Shown here: in pieces, positions 19,150-28,750 of the stretch
Numbering within the stretch: position 1 is the stretch's first letter
Layout: each line of letters starts with the position of its first letter
Origin: Candidatus Heimdallarchaeota archaeon
GTDB taxonomy: Archaea; Asgardarchaeota; Wukongarchaeia; Wukongarchaeales; JBHIFL01
DNA length: 38,845 bases
Direction: 5' to 3'
Assembly (NCBI GenBank): GCA_046761065.1
Contig: JBHIFL010000041.1
Coordinates: 1-38,845 of the forward strand
The notes under the pieces: model-generated
What the model saw: only the letters and a program-made list of their open reading frames with translations
What the model was told of the DNA's origin: nothing
The model's database searches: none
Translations under genes and position numbers: made by a program

Positions 19150-19872
19150 ATGGCCCCCCACTCCTCCAGAACTGACCCGTTGGTAACAAGTCAACAGTAC
19201 TTGTTTGCTCAGATCAAGAGAAGCCATCGCTTATTTGTAGCGCAGCTATATGTCGCATTTCTCTTTATCCCGCTCATCGCGGTGCTCATTCTTCTTTTCG
19301 GGCCCTACCTACAGGTAGGCATAAGTGATCTCATGTCTGTGGTACCTTTTTTAGCCATTTTTGGAATTCTGGGCATAAAGCAGATCAAGGAAACCTATTC
19401 TTTTTTTCGTTCGAGTGGCCGCTACTTCTACGAGATCGAACATGCTACCGACCCCTCCCAGGTCGCCAGAGGTCTGACAACCTATGTTAATCACTTCGTG
19501 AAACTCTTGCAACCTCCTAGCCTCCTCACAGAAGAACCCCCGACTTCTCTTCCTGAACGACTTGATCGCATAGAGAACCACATGAGAAAGGGGGTATTCA
19601 CATTCCTACTTGAATTCATCCTCTCTGGGATGGTTATTGCGGGATTGGTGACCTTTTTTATAATAGCTTATCCTGAAATACTAGGTCAACTCAAGCTTTA
19701 CGCGGTCATAGCTGTCTTTTTTATAATTCCCGGGATTCGGTTGTGGCTATTTTTATGGTGGAGGCCGTTAGTTAAACGGTGGCTTCTAGGGTATCAAGAA
19801 CTCGTCACATGGGGCGAGAATCTAGAACGGCTTGTCCTACACCAGCAAATCGAGGGAGGGCGAGACCTATGA
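19150..19872 (+). CDS. Hypothetical 4-TM membrane protein
   Basis: Two TM hairpins; TGAGG RBS-like site; ATGA overlap with the next gene. Confidence 0.75.
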   Translation: MAPHSSRTDPLVTSQQYLFAQIKRSHRLFVAQLYVAFLFIPLIAVLILLFGPYLQVGISDLMSVVPFLAIFGILGIKQIKETYSFFRSSGRYFYEIEHATDPSQVARGLTTYVNHFVKLLQPPSLLTEEPPTSLPERLDRIENHMRKGVFTFLLEFILSGMVIAGLVTFFIIAYPEILGQLKLYAVIAVFFIIPGIRLWLFLWWRPLVKRWLLGYQELVTWGENLERLVLHQQIEGGRDL

Positions 19873-20180
19873 CGTTGAATGGATCCTATGTGCCCCAATG
19901 GGTAGAACGGAAGTGGGTACGGCGGAGTAGGTTTGAAATCTGGGCTGAGATATTGGAATCCTGTGCCCGCACGACCCGTACCCGGAATTGGTTATTATGT
20001 CGTGTTGGACTAAAACCTAGTGCCATTAAAGAGGCGCTTAATTTTCTCATGACCGCTGGACTCATTGAACAACTGCCTTCTTCCAACAGGGACCTAGGAG
20101 AATTCCAAACAACGGCGAAAGGGGAGGATGCCCTCACGCAATTTTACCAATTAGTCACTAAATACTTTGTTCAAGAGTAA
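19869..20180 (+). CDS. Archaeal winged-helix regulator (HTH_45-like)
   Basis: RRSRFEIWAEIL...L..L...GLI...TTAKG; start at the ATGA overlap. Confidence 0.8.
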   Translation: MTLNGSYVPQWVERKWVRRSRFEIWAEILESCARTTRTRNWLLCRVGLKPSAIKEALNFLMTAGLIEQLPSSNRDLGEFQTTAKGEDALTQFYQLVTKYFVQE

Positions 20181-20223
20181 GACAATCTGTTCGATCTTCA
20201 AGAGGTGACGATAGGTTTATAAA

Positions 20224-20268
20224 TTCTACTAGTAGAAATCCTACCAGTAGAATATTTTACGTAGAATA
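20224..20268. promoter_or_regulatory. Three tandem palindromes, probable PadR operators
   Basis: TTCTACTAGTAGAA, TCCTACCAGTAGAA and TATTTTACGTAGAATA directly upstream of padR. Confidence 0.65.
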
Positions 20269-20312
20269 GCTGATTGTTATGAATGTTATAACCTCTAAGA
20301 GGGAGTTGAAAA

Positions 20313-20960
20313 ATGGATAAGATCGCGAAACCGATAGCACCAACATATGTGGCTTTATTGTTAATATTAGCGGAAGGACCAGCCCATGCGTGGCATATTA
20401 AGAAGGTCTTAGAGGATAGGGGCTTTGAAGAATGGGTAGACATGAAGAAATCCACGATTTACAAAAGCCTAGGAAAGTTAGAAAGCAAAGGGTTCATAAT
20501 AGGTCAGAAAGAAGAGGAAAAATTCAAGCTTTCCAAAAAAATTTATGAAATTACAGAACATGGAAAAGAAACATTGCATGAGCAAATCCAACTCTGTATA
20601 AAAAATCCGCCCAAGCCAAAGACCATGTTCGATTTAGGATTAGCAGGGCTTTCTTTGTTAACTAAATCGACTGCACTCTCAGTGTTAGAAGAATACAAGA
20701 CAAATATGAAATATAGCATTCAGTGGTTTGAATCAATTTTACAGCAATTTGAGAGCTTAGATGAAATTGTGAAAACTGACCCAGATCGTATGATAGCCGG
20801 CATGCCCGCTAAGGAGCTCCAAAAAACTAGACGTTTGTACCTCATCAAAGCTTTGTTTGAACGACCATATCATTCCATCCGAGCCCAGAAGAACTGGTTA
20901 GAGGGCTTCATTCAATCCATTAAGGAGGATAAAGGACAATTTGAGTTTCAAGAGGAGTGA
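20313..20960 (+). CDS. PadR-family transcriptional regulator
   Basis: LLILAEGPAHAW.I, STIYKSLGKLESKGFI, KIYEITEHGKETL. Confidence 0.9.
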   Translation: MDKIAKPIAPTYVALLLILAEGPAHAWHIKKVLEDRGFEEWVDMKKSTIYKSLGKLESKGFIIGQKEEEKFKLSKKIYEITEHGKETLHEQIQLCIKNPPKPKTMFDLGLAGLSLLTKSTALSVLEEYKTNMKYSIQWFESILQQFESLDEIVKTDPDRMIAGMPAKELQKTRRLYLIKALFERPYHSIRAQKNWLEGFIQSIKEDKGQFEFQEE

Positions 20961-20963
20961 GAA

Positions 20964-22106
20964 TTGCACTCAAGACACGTTATTAAACCTTTTAAACACA
21001 CAACAGGAAGCCATTGCGAATCTACGACCATGAAAGACTTAATAATGCATGAAGGGATCGAAATCACTGAAGAAATGGTTTTTGGCTTAGATTGCTCCTT
21101 TGGATTTACCTTTTTCGACAGTTCACAAAGTCAAAACGCTGTAACAGAATTCGGCATGGGAACTCCCTTATTTATTGGTGGTAAACAAGGATCCATCACC
21201 AAAGAAAGCATGGCTTGCCGTATTTTAGGCTTAAACATCAAATTTGAAACGTTCTCTTCACCCGATGTGGCGTGGGACTCCTCGAAAAAACGGATCAATC
21301 AAGACATCCCCTTAGGATTGCAAGTGGATATAGGTTATTTATTATATTTCAACTGGGGAGAGCAGCTGCACTTTGGCGGCCACTTCATTACGTTAGTCGG
21401 ATACGATGAGGCGAAGAACCTCGCATTCGTTTACGACACCGAATTAGCTGATCTCCAACTAATCCCTATCGAAGATTTAAAGAAAGCTCGTAGCTCTAAA
21501 CATGGACCTCGTTTCCTCCATCCTCATAATACACAGGTCACTATCATGAAAAGGCCGGATGGGAAAAAACCTCCTTTTTCCCAAGCGGTTAAATTAGCCC
21601 TGCAACAAGTTGCATGGCAAGTCGTATACCCGTCCACGAACCGACATGGAATCCCCGCACTTCGTTTATTTGCCAAGTCGGTCCTAAGATGGAAAGACAT
21701 CTTAAATGGCAACATGAAACATCCCTACACAGATAAAATAGTTCCAAAAGCGTCTACTATGCTCAAAATGATGTATGGGTTAATTGAAGAGTGGGGAACG
21801 GGGGGTGCAATATTTCGGAAACTCTATGGGAACTTCCTCAAAGAACTCATGAAACATCCTGATATCAGTGAAGGGCTTTATGCTTGGAAGGAGGAAGAAT
21901 TGTACTATCTAGAAGAGGCACATGAACAAATTACAAAATCGGCTATACTTTGGAGCCAATTTTCTAGTCAAATCAAATTAGCTCTTGATACAGACAAGAA
22001 AAATTGTTTGGAATACATAGATTTGTACGAATTAAAAGCAATCATTGAGGATATCATATTATTGGAAGATACTTGCTTCAGGAATCTCTTACAAATTAAA
22101 TTATGA
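20964..22106 (+). CDS. BtrH N-terminal / papain-like (DUF4872) protein
   Basis: GSHCES, ITEEMVFGL, HFGGHFITLVGYD, VYD, GTGGAIFRKLY. Confidence 0.8.
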   Translation: MHSRHVIKPFKHTTGSHCESTTMKDLIMHEGIEITEEMVFGLDCSFGFTFFDSSQSQNAVTEFGMGTPLFIGGKQGSITKESMACRILGLNIKFETFSSPDVAWDSSKKRINQDIPLGLQVDIGYLLYFNWGEQLHFGGHFITLVGYDEAKNLAFVYDTELADLQLIPIEDLKKARSSKHGPRFLHPHNTQVTIMKRPDGKKPPFSQAVKLALQQVAWQVVYPSTNRHGIPALRLFAKSVLRWKDILNGNMKHPYTDKIVPKASTMLKMMYGLIEEWGTGGAIFRKLYGNFLKELMKHPDISEGLYAWKEEELYYLEEAHEQITKSAILWSQFSSQIKLALDTDKKNCLEYIDLYELKAIIEDIILLEDTCFRNLLQIKL

Positions 22107-22118
22107 GGAGAGGAGAAG

Positions 22119-24590
22119 ATGAATCAGATTGAAGTTGTTGGGGCTAGAATTCATAATTTGAAAAACATTAATCTAAAAATCCCAAAAAATAAGATCGTTG
22201 CGATTACTGGGGTGTCTGGTTCAGGGAAAAGTTCTCTTGCCTTTGACCTATTATTTGATGAAGGCATGCGAAGATACTTACAATCTCTTGGTTTGCCCCC
22301 TAAAGTTGAGAAAGAAAAACCATTCGATTTATTGAGTGGATTATCACCAACCGTTGCCATAGAGCAACGAACCACCCGCATCATTAATCCCCGATCCACC
22401 GTCGGAACAAAATCCATGATTTATACTCTCCTTAGGCACCTTTATACGTTAGAGAGTAAACAATTATGTCCGATTTGTGGGATCCCGGCTAATAATGATC
22501 ATTCCTGTCCAACTTGTGGTATGAAAGCGATTAATCTTGAAATCAAACACTTTTCATTTAACGAACCGAGTGGAATGTGCTTAGAGTGTAAGGGTAGGGG
22601 ATACATCCAGGAGTTTCGCGAAGAAAAGATCGTGCCCGATCCTACCAAGAACCTCTTACAAATCTGTGCCGCTGCTTCCGGTGCCTTCGGCGATATGAAA
22701 AATTTCACAAAGGGGTTAGCAGAAGCGCTGAATTTTGACATCAATACTCCCTACCAAGAGCTCCCCCAAGAAATCCAGGATATCTTCTTGTATGGCACGG
22801 AGAAGAAGATGCAGTTCAAATGGAAATCTCGACGATTTGAAGGTACAATCGAAGCCAAATTTGAAGGTGTCATCCCCCATCTTCAACGCGCGATGGCCCA
22901 AAGTACCAGTGCGTATCGTCGATCGAAGATCGAAAAACATTACATGACAAAAATTACCTGTCCTACTTGTCATGGTTATCGGATCAATGAGCAAGCACGA
23001 AATGCTATGATCAATGGGAAACACCTCGGAGAACTAAGTAACATGACGATCGATGAATTAATCGACTTTTTAAGAACCCTCGATGGCAATCACATAAAAT
23101 CTAGCCACGGAAAAGCACTTAAAGACGAAATCATCACGCGATTAAAAAAGGCAAGACTTGTCGGACTCTCCTATCTTACTTTGAACCGTAGCATGACCAC
23201 ATTGTCGGGCGGGGAACTTCAACGATTAAGTTTAATGGCTCACCTCGATGCCGGCCTGGATTCATTAATTTTCATCCTTGATGAACCCACCATGGGTATG
23301 CATGAGCTTGAGAAACGCAGCCTAATGACCATATTACAAGGAATTAAAAAATTGGGCAATTCGGTAATCATTGTCGAACATGATAAAAACATTATATTAA
23401 AATCGGATCATATTATTGATTTAGGCCCTGGTCCTGGAAGATTGGGGGGTGAGATCGTTTTTCAAGGAACAGTAGATGAAATCAAGAAATGTAAAAACTC
23501 AATCACTGGGAAGTTTTTGAGTGGGGAACTTCAACTTCCCAAGAAAGACGCAAATCAACGAAGAAAGCTCACGAAATCCACAAAATTTCTCGTGATGAAA
23601 GAGGTGTCTACAAACAATTTAAGAAATCTAGACGTGAAAATACCACTAGGACTCATGGTGGGGGTCGCTGGAATTTCCGGGAGTGGAAAGAGCTCTTTAA
23701 TCAGTGATACCCTCGTGCCGCTATTAAGAAAGCATTTTACGAAAAAGAATAGCGACGATGATGAAGAATTCCTCGAAATCGATGATATCAAAGGCAAGCT
23801 TTCCGGATGGGAGCATATCTCCGATTGCATTGTTGTAACCCAATCCCCCATCGGGCGATCAAAGACCTCCAACCCCGTGAGTTACATTGACATTTGGGAT
23901 AACATTCGCAAATTATTTGCCAAGCAAACATTAGCAAAAAAAAGGAACTATACAGCGGGGCACTTCTCCTTTAATAGTGATAAAGGCCGCTGTCCTCAGT
24001 GTAAGGGGAGTGCGACTATTGAGTTGCAGGTTTCATTCTTTACAAAAATTGATTTGCCATGTGAAGAATGTAATGGGACAGGATACAAACCGGAAATCCT
24101 TGATGTTCAATATAACGGAAAGAACATCTATGAAGTTCTAAATTTGACTGTTTCCGAAGCGCTTGAGTTCTTCCAAAACAATGAAAAAATTAGAACTCTT
24201 TTACAGCTCCTTGAGGAAATTGGTATGGGATACATCACCCTAGGGCAACCGGCAACCACATTAAGTGGCGGTGAGGCCCAACGGATTAAGCTAGCCAAAG
24301 AATTAGGGAAAGCACGTAAAAGTAAGATGCTCTATGTGTTGGACGAACCCACGATAGGTCTCCATTACTTTGACGTTCTAAAATTGCTGAATTTATTGGA
24401 GCAATTGGTAGAACAGGGAAACACTGTGCTCATCATCGAACACGATGTGGATATTTTATCCTTCGTTGATTATTTGATTGAATTGGGTCCCGAAGGAGGG
24501 CCCAAGGGAGGCGAAATACTCGCTGAGGGGTCTCCTGAAGATATAAAAGCAAATATCCATTCAAAAATTGCCCCATTTCTGCATATGTAG
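22119..24590 (+). CDS. UvrA-like ABC ATPase (short class-II/DrrC-like, no adjacent uvrB/C)
   Basis: GARIHNLKN, two GxSGSGKSS motifs, LSGGE twice, LDEPT twice, Zn-finger Cys pairs; 823 aa. Confidence 0.88.
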   Translation: MNQIEVVGARIHNLKNINLKIPKNKIVAITGVSGSGKSSLAFDLLFDEGMRRYLQSLGLPPKVEKEKPFDLLSGLSPTVAIEQRTTRIINPRSTVGTKSMIYTLLRHLYTLESKQLCPICGIPANNDHSCPTCGMKAINLEIKHFSFNEPSGMCLECKGRGYIQEFREEKIVPDPTKNLLQICAAASGAFGDMKNFTKGLAEALNFDINTPYQELPQEIQDIFLYGTEKKMQFKWKSRRFEGTIEAKFEGVIPHLQRAMAQSTSAYRRSKIEKHYMTKITCPTCHGYRINEQARNAMINGKHLGELSNMTIDELIDFLRTLDGNHIKSSHGKALKDEIITRLKKARLVGLSYLTLNRSMTTLSGGELQRLSLMAHLDAGLDSLIFILDEPTMGMHELEKRSLMTILQGIKKLGNSVIIVEHDKNIILKSDHIIDLGPGPGRLGGEIVFQGTVDEIKKCKNSITGKFLSGELQLPKKDANQRRKLTKSTKFLVMKEVSTNNLRNLDVKIPLGLMVGVAGISGSGKSSLISDTLVPLLRKHFTKKNSDDDEEFLEIDDIKGKLSGWEHISDCIVVTQSPIGRSKTSNPVSYIDIWDNIRKLFAKQTLAKKRNYTAGHFSFNSDKGRCPQCKGSATIELQVSFFTKIDLPCEECNGTGYKPEILDVQYNGKNIYEVLNLTVSEALEFFQNNEKIRTLLQLLEEIGMGYITLGQPATTLSGGEAQRIKLAKELGKARKSKMLYVLDEPTIGLHYFDVLKLLNLLEQLVEQGNTVLIIEHDVDILSFVDYLIELGPEGGPKGGEILAEGSPEDIKANIHSKIAPFLHM

Positions 24591-24605
24591 ATTCATAAGA
24601 TGTAA

Positions 24606-24710
24606 CTTCGCCCCAGAAGCGAGCTTGGATGGCGAAGCAATTTTGATTATAAAACTTCTTTTTTAATACTGTGATAAAACAACTGAAAGGGCCTTTAGGC
24701 TCCTTTTCAA
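24606..24710. terminator. Two hairpins between convergent genes
   Basis: CTTCGCC..GGCGAAG (24606-24637) and TGAAAGGGCCT-TT-AGGCTCCTTTTCA (24684-24709), each near T tracts. Confidence 0.4.
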
Positions 24711-25799
24711 CTAAGATGGGGTGCCAAATTTCTTAGCTGTGCCCTCTTTTGTGAAGAAATACTTACGAACCCAGAGGGACACATAAACCAGGGAGATCAG
24801 GACTGGGACTTCGATCAGGGGACCAACTACCGTTGCTAAAGCTTGCCCACTGTCAATCCCAAATGTCCCCACGGCTACAGCAATCGCGAGCTCAAAATTG
24901 TTACTAGCGGCGGTGAATGATAGGGTCACGGTCTCAGGGTAGAGAAAGTGGAGTGCCCAAGAGATCAGAAAGGAAGCTACAAACATGATGAAGAAATAGC
25001 CTGTTAGCGGTATCGCGATACGCGCTAACTCCCAGCCCAGGTCCACAATATTCGCTCCTTGCATCGAGAACATCACCACAATCGTAAACAGGAGGCCGAT
25101 CAATGCGGTCGGACCGAGTTTTTCTGTGAACTCCTCTTCATACCACGCTTTGCCTTTCCGGTGGATTAGGCCAAATCGGGTCGCTATCCCCGCAAGTATA
25201 GGGATTCCCAGGAAGATGAATACACTGATCGCAATATCTTTCATGGTAATGCTTACCACTGTCGATGTACCTGCAAGCCAGCCCGATGCGACCGTGAGGA
25301 AGAAATAAGCATAGATTGAATAGAAAAAAACTTGAAAGATAGAGTTAAGAGCTACAAGGACTGCACAATACTCATTATCTCCACCTGCGAGTAGATTCCA
25401 GATCAATACCATGGCGATACAACGCGCTAAACCTACAATGATAAGCCCTTCCCGATAGGCCGTAAAGTCAGCCAAAAAGGTCAAGGCGAGAACAAACATG
25501 AGCACGGGCCCAATCGCCCAGTTCAAAAACACCGAAACTCCAAACATTTTCCAAGCTGTAGCCACCTTCCCAAGCTCCTCATACTTCACCTTCGCGAGGA
25601 CGGGATACATCATCCAGAGCAGTCCTAACGCTATTGGGAGCGAAACTGTCCCAAACTGGACCAAATTGAAGAGCTCAACAATTCCTGGTAGGAATCCAAG
25701 GAGGACGCCAATTCCCATAGCCAGAAAAATCCAAAGAGGGAGAAAACGATCTAAACGAGATAGTTTTCCAACAACAGCAGTCATATTTCGTAGCTCCAT
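24711..25799 (-). CDS. acr3: ACR3-family arsenite efflux transporter
   Basis: LDRFLPLWI, MMYPVLAKV, GLARCIAMVLIWN, ASNNFELAIAVA, VVGPLIEVPVL. Confidence 0.95.
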   Translation of the reverse strand: MELRNMTAVVGKLSRLDRFLPLWIFLAMGIGVLLGFLPGIVELFNLVQFGTVSLPIALGLLWMMYPVLAKVKYEELGKVATAWKMFGVSVFLNWAIGPVLMFVLALTFLADFTAYREGLIIVGLARCIAMVLIWNLLAGGDNEYCAVLVALNSIFQVFFYSIYAYFFLTVASGWLAGTSTVVSITMKDIAISVFIFLGIPILAGIATRFGLIHRKGKAWYEEEFTEKLGPTALIGLLFTIVVMFSMQGANIVDLGWELARIAIPLTGYFFIMFVASFLISWALHFLYPETVTLSFTAASNNFELAIAVAVGTFGIDSGQALATVVGPLIEVPVLISLVYVSLWVRKYFFTKEGTAKKFGTPS

Positions 25800-26166
25800 G
25801 GATATCTGTCATTTTGTTTGAAATAGTAGTCACTTAGATTCGATAAAGGGTGGGTTTTATCCAAATTCGTCAAATTTAAATATTTCGATAAATCAATATA
25901 ATCAAGAAAATACATCACAATCCATAGAATGAAGCGACAATGTCGAGTGGATAACTAAGTCAAGCAGCCCGAGAAAGTTATTTCCACATTCTTCCAAACC
26001 AGAGAAATTCTCTCAGATTTTCTAGGTACATGGAATCCCATCAAATAATACACCCAAATGTTCCTTTCAGTAGGTACTTTCCCCATTGTGAACGGTTTAC
26101 AACTAAATATCTTATTACATACAAATGCAAAAATTTCCTATCCCTTAATGAATGGAGTGGAACTAG

Positions 26167-26586
26167 ATGTATTCAAACGTAAAGCCGAATAGTGCCCTTA
26201 TTCAAACCTTTCAACGTATGATAGAAGCAAAAGTGTGTCCCATTGATAATCTTGACGAGTATTGTAGCACTTTTCTAGAAGACGTTAGAAAAATTCAAGA
26301 TTCCAATGAACGTGAACGAACGCGAGTTCTAACAAAACAGTTGAAAGCGATTGCGAACGAACGCCGGCTCCAGATTCTACTGCTATTAAGTCGCCAAAGT
26401 CGGTGTCTGTGCGAGTTGGAATTTGCACTCGATCTTGCCCAACCGACCATATCGTATCATGTTAAAGCTTTAGAGGGTGTAGGACTGATTCAGAGCGAAA
26501 AACGTGGGAAGTGGACCTTCTTTTCTTTGAGTGAATCAGAACCCTTACAAACGTTCTGGCAACTGCTTTGTAGAGATGCAAAGTAA
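26167..26586 (+). CDS. ArsR/SmtB-family regulator
   Basis: KAIANERRLQIL, CLCEL, QPTISYHVKAL, EKRGKW; divergent from acr3. Confidence 0.9.
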   Translation: MYSNVKPNSALIQTFQRMIEAKVCPIDNLDEYCSTFLEDVRKIQDSNERERTRVLTKQLKAIANERRLQILLLLSRQSRCLCELEFALDLAQPTISYHVKALEGVGLIQSEKRGKWTFFSLSESEPLQTFWQLLCRDAK

Positions 26587-26789
26587 AAAAACGGAGTTAT
26601 GAAAGAATATTCCGAAATGGAGGCGCTATCGACAAGTTTCCTGAATTTAAGCAAATTAGAGGCGCGGGAGAGAAGGCTTAACATGAATTTGGATCAAATA
26701 AGAAAGGATGGACGGTTTATCGTAAATGAACAAAATCACACTGTTCGACCCAGATGCCCTCTTACCCAATGCTTTATCTGAATAATCAC

Positions 26790-27054
26790 TAAGGAATTCT
26801 TTGATCTCCTTTACGCTAGGAACCCTGCCTACATAGATAACCTATTGATCAATCACAAGAGCTGGCATACCTGTGATTTCAAAATCGAGGATTTCAAACA
26901 GATTATTAGTGATTTCAAATTCAAGGATTTTGGCTAGATCGGTAACGTGTTTCGTGTCAGCTTCGATCCCAAGTTCCATCACAGCGTTCGACACATTCAC
27001 CTTTACTTGCTTACAGTGAGCACATCCAGGGCCTAATATCCGTATATCTTTCAT
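26790..27054 (-). pseudogene. Degenerate small thioredoxin-like (MTH895-type) paralog
   Basis: LGPGCAHC, internal 36-nt duplication (ILEFEIT..ILDFEIT), TAG at 26842, then VIYVGRVPSVKEIKEFL continues in frame. Confidence 0.75.
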
Positions 27055-27144
27055 GTGGGTTCCTCCAAATCTCTTCACATGTTTTTATTTATCCTGATAA
27101 ATGATTGCTCAGATTAAATAGGACATTCGATGATGCCTTGCGTC

Positions 27145-27290
27145 GTTTTGTGCCAAGGTACTTTATATGGATTAATTGGGCACCAAGCACTCAATTACGT
27201 CTTCCCTATGAAGAAACCAGTGGTTGAACACAACAATGCAGTACGTAGCCCAGACCAATAGATAGCCCTTGAGTGTAGATAATCCAATCA
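27145..27290 (-). pseudogene. Frameshifted remnant of a permease N-terminus
   Basis: Fragments GLSTLKGYL, GFFIG and KYLGTK in changing frames parallel GVYTLLDYL, AFFIAG and KYIGSK of 28751-29863. Confidence 0.5.
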
Positions 27291-27366
27291 CGAATGGGAT
27301 ATATCCTTAATGAACCATTGATTCAATATTTTAGGTTAGCTTTAGGCTTAGACCGCTCTGAACAGT

Positions 27367-27401
27367 ATTTCAAATAAATTTGAATTTTCTTAAAGATTGT
27401 A
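27367..27401 (-). promoter_or_regulatory. ATTTCAA-N6-TTGAAAT-type box plus TATA-like spacer
   Basis: ATTTCAAATAAATTTGAATT followed by TTCTTAAAGATT, like the site at 33709. Confidence 0.55.
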
Positions 27402-27486
27402 ATTCGAGACATTCTAATGGCAAAACCAGCCCAAATATTGATCATGGGTTAGTTGCAATCCATTCTAAAGGCAGAATATTATCTAA

Positions 27487-28035
27487 TCAGGCTTTATAGC
27501 CAGCGGATTTTAACAGTTCAAGGAGGAAAGCTCGGTTTTCTCGATAGTTCTCGGTGGTAAGGGGCATGCAGTCTGTTAGTCGCTTGCTCCCATCTAGAAG
27601 CTTTACACTAAAGGCTACGCATCCGGGTTCCCCGCATTCCTGGCAATTGGTCTTGGGTAGATACTCATACAAATCAAATGGACCCAGTCTGATTTTGGTC
27701 TTCACAGCCGATAGATCGATTTCATTACGCCGGGCATAGGTAGTGTTGATCTGGGTGCAGAGCCGGTTAAGAATCGCTTGGGCTTCTGTTTCATCTTGGA
27801 TCTTCGTCATCATCACGGTGCCTGACGCGTAGATCGTGATGAGTCTTGTCCCCTCCTTGAAGCTTAACACGCCGAGCTTTTCCGAGTATGTGGCGGTTGG
27901 GAGTTCAACATACAGGTACGGGAGCACTTCCCCAACTTCATGATCCAGTTGCCCAATGACTCGAATTTTAGATGGATCGGCGATGCACAGTTGAACTTTC
28001 TGGAGTTTCGCAGACCCGACAAGCTGTCCAGTCAT
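27487..28035 (-). CDS. (Fe-S)-binding protein (COG4871-like)
   Basis: CIADPSKIRV, VLPYL, LITIYASG, YLPKTNCQECGEPGCVAF...C. Confidence 0.8.
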   Translation of the reverse strand: MTGQLVGSAKLQKVQLCIADPSKIRVIGQLDHEVGEVLPYLYVELPTATYSEKLGVLSFKEGTRLITIYASGTVMMTKIQDETEAQAILNRLCTQINTTYARRNEIDLSAVKTKIRLGPFDLYEYLPKTNCQECGEPGCVAFSVKLLDGSKRLTDCMPLTTENYRENRAFLLELLKSAGYKA

Positions 28036-28080
28036 ACGGATCCCTTCGTTCAGTTGCTCTCATTCGAAAGGGAGATTAGA

Positions 28081-28437
28081 TCAAGTGTCATTTTGCTTTG
28101 CTATGAGATTCTGAAGTACCCTATCCAGTTCTTGCGCAGACCCATATTTGATGAGGCGAGCCCCCGCCACGATGATTCCACGGTATGTTATTCCAAACTG
28201 CTTTGCTTCAGGGCTTGTGGTATCCCTGACATGGTATCTGACATGCCCCTCATATTTTCGTAGCACATCCCAGATGGTACTTAGCCAAGGCCCAAGCGAA
28301 CAGCCACATACCCCATAGGGTCTGATGATCACTACGTCTATCTTTTGTTTCATCCGAGTGTGATTCATTTTGGCCAACCTCCATTTATCATCATGTTTGA
28401 ATGAAGCACCTTCTTCTTTTTTCTTTTTTCGAAACAT
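28081..28437 (-). CDS. Hypothetical thioredoxin-fold protein with CxC motif
   Basis: PYGVCGCS, SPEAKQFGI..GIIV; in operon context. Confidence 0.6.
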   Translation of the reverse strand: MFRKKKKEEGASFKHDDKWRLAKMNHTRMKQKIDVVIIRPYGVCGCSLGPWLSTIWDVLRKYEGHVRYHVRDTTSPEAKQFGITYRGIIVAGARLIKYGSAQELDRVLQNLIAKQNDT

Positions 28438-28449
28438 CTCTTCTACATT

Positions 28450-28689
28450 TTAGCTTGCGTTCAAGAACTCTTTGATCTCCTCGACGCTAGGGATTCGACC
28501 TGCGGTGAACACCTTGCCATCGATCACCAGCGCAGGAGTCCCGATAACTCCCGATTCGATAATTTTGGCTAGATCGGTTTCATACTCGATCTCGGCTTCG
28601 ATCTCAAGTTCTGCTACGGCTTTTCGCACATACAACAGAACTTGCTTACAGCGGAAACATCCAGGACCTAAGACACGAATGGTTTTCAT
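28450..28689 (-). CDS. Small redox-active disulfide protein (MTH895/thioredoxin family)
   Basis: VLGPGCFRC, GVIGTPALVIDG, GRIPS. Confidence 0.9.
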   Translation of the reverse strand: MKTIRVLGPGCFRCKQVLLYVRKAVAELEIEAEIEYETDLAKIIESGVIGTPALVIDGKVFTAGRIPSVEEIKEFLNAS

Positions 28690-28750
28690 ATAATTCCTCC
28701 AATAGGATTCCGTTCTCCTGGTTTGGGTTTGACTCTTCTATATTTTCTAT

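Noticed and set aside
26599-26781. 60-aa ORF after arsR
   Set aside because: No motif; it abuts the antisense tail of the thioredoxin pseudogene.
26870-26932. 36-nt insert in the thioredoxin pseudogene as another BHB intron
   Set aside because: It is a direct repeat, not a hairpin; no bulge-helix-bulge forms.
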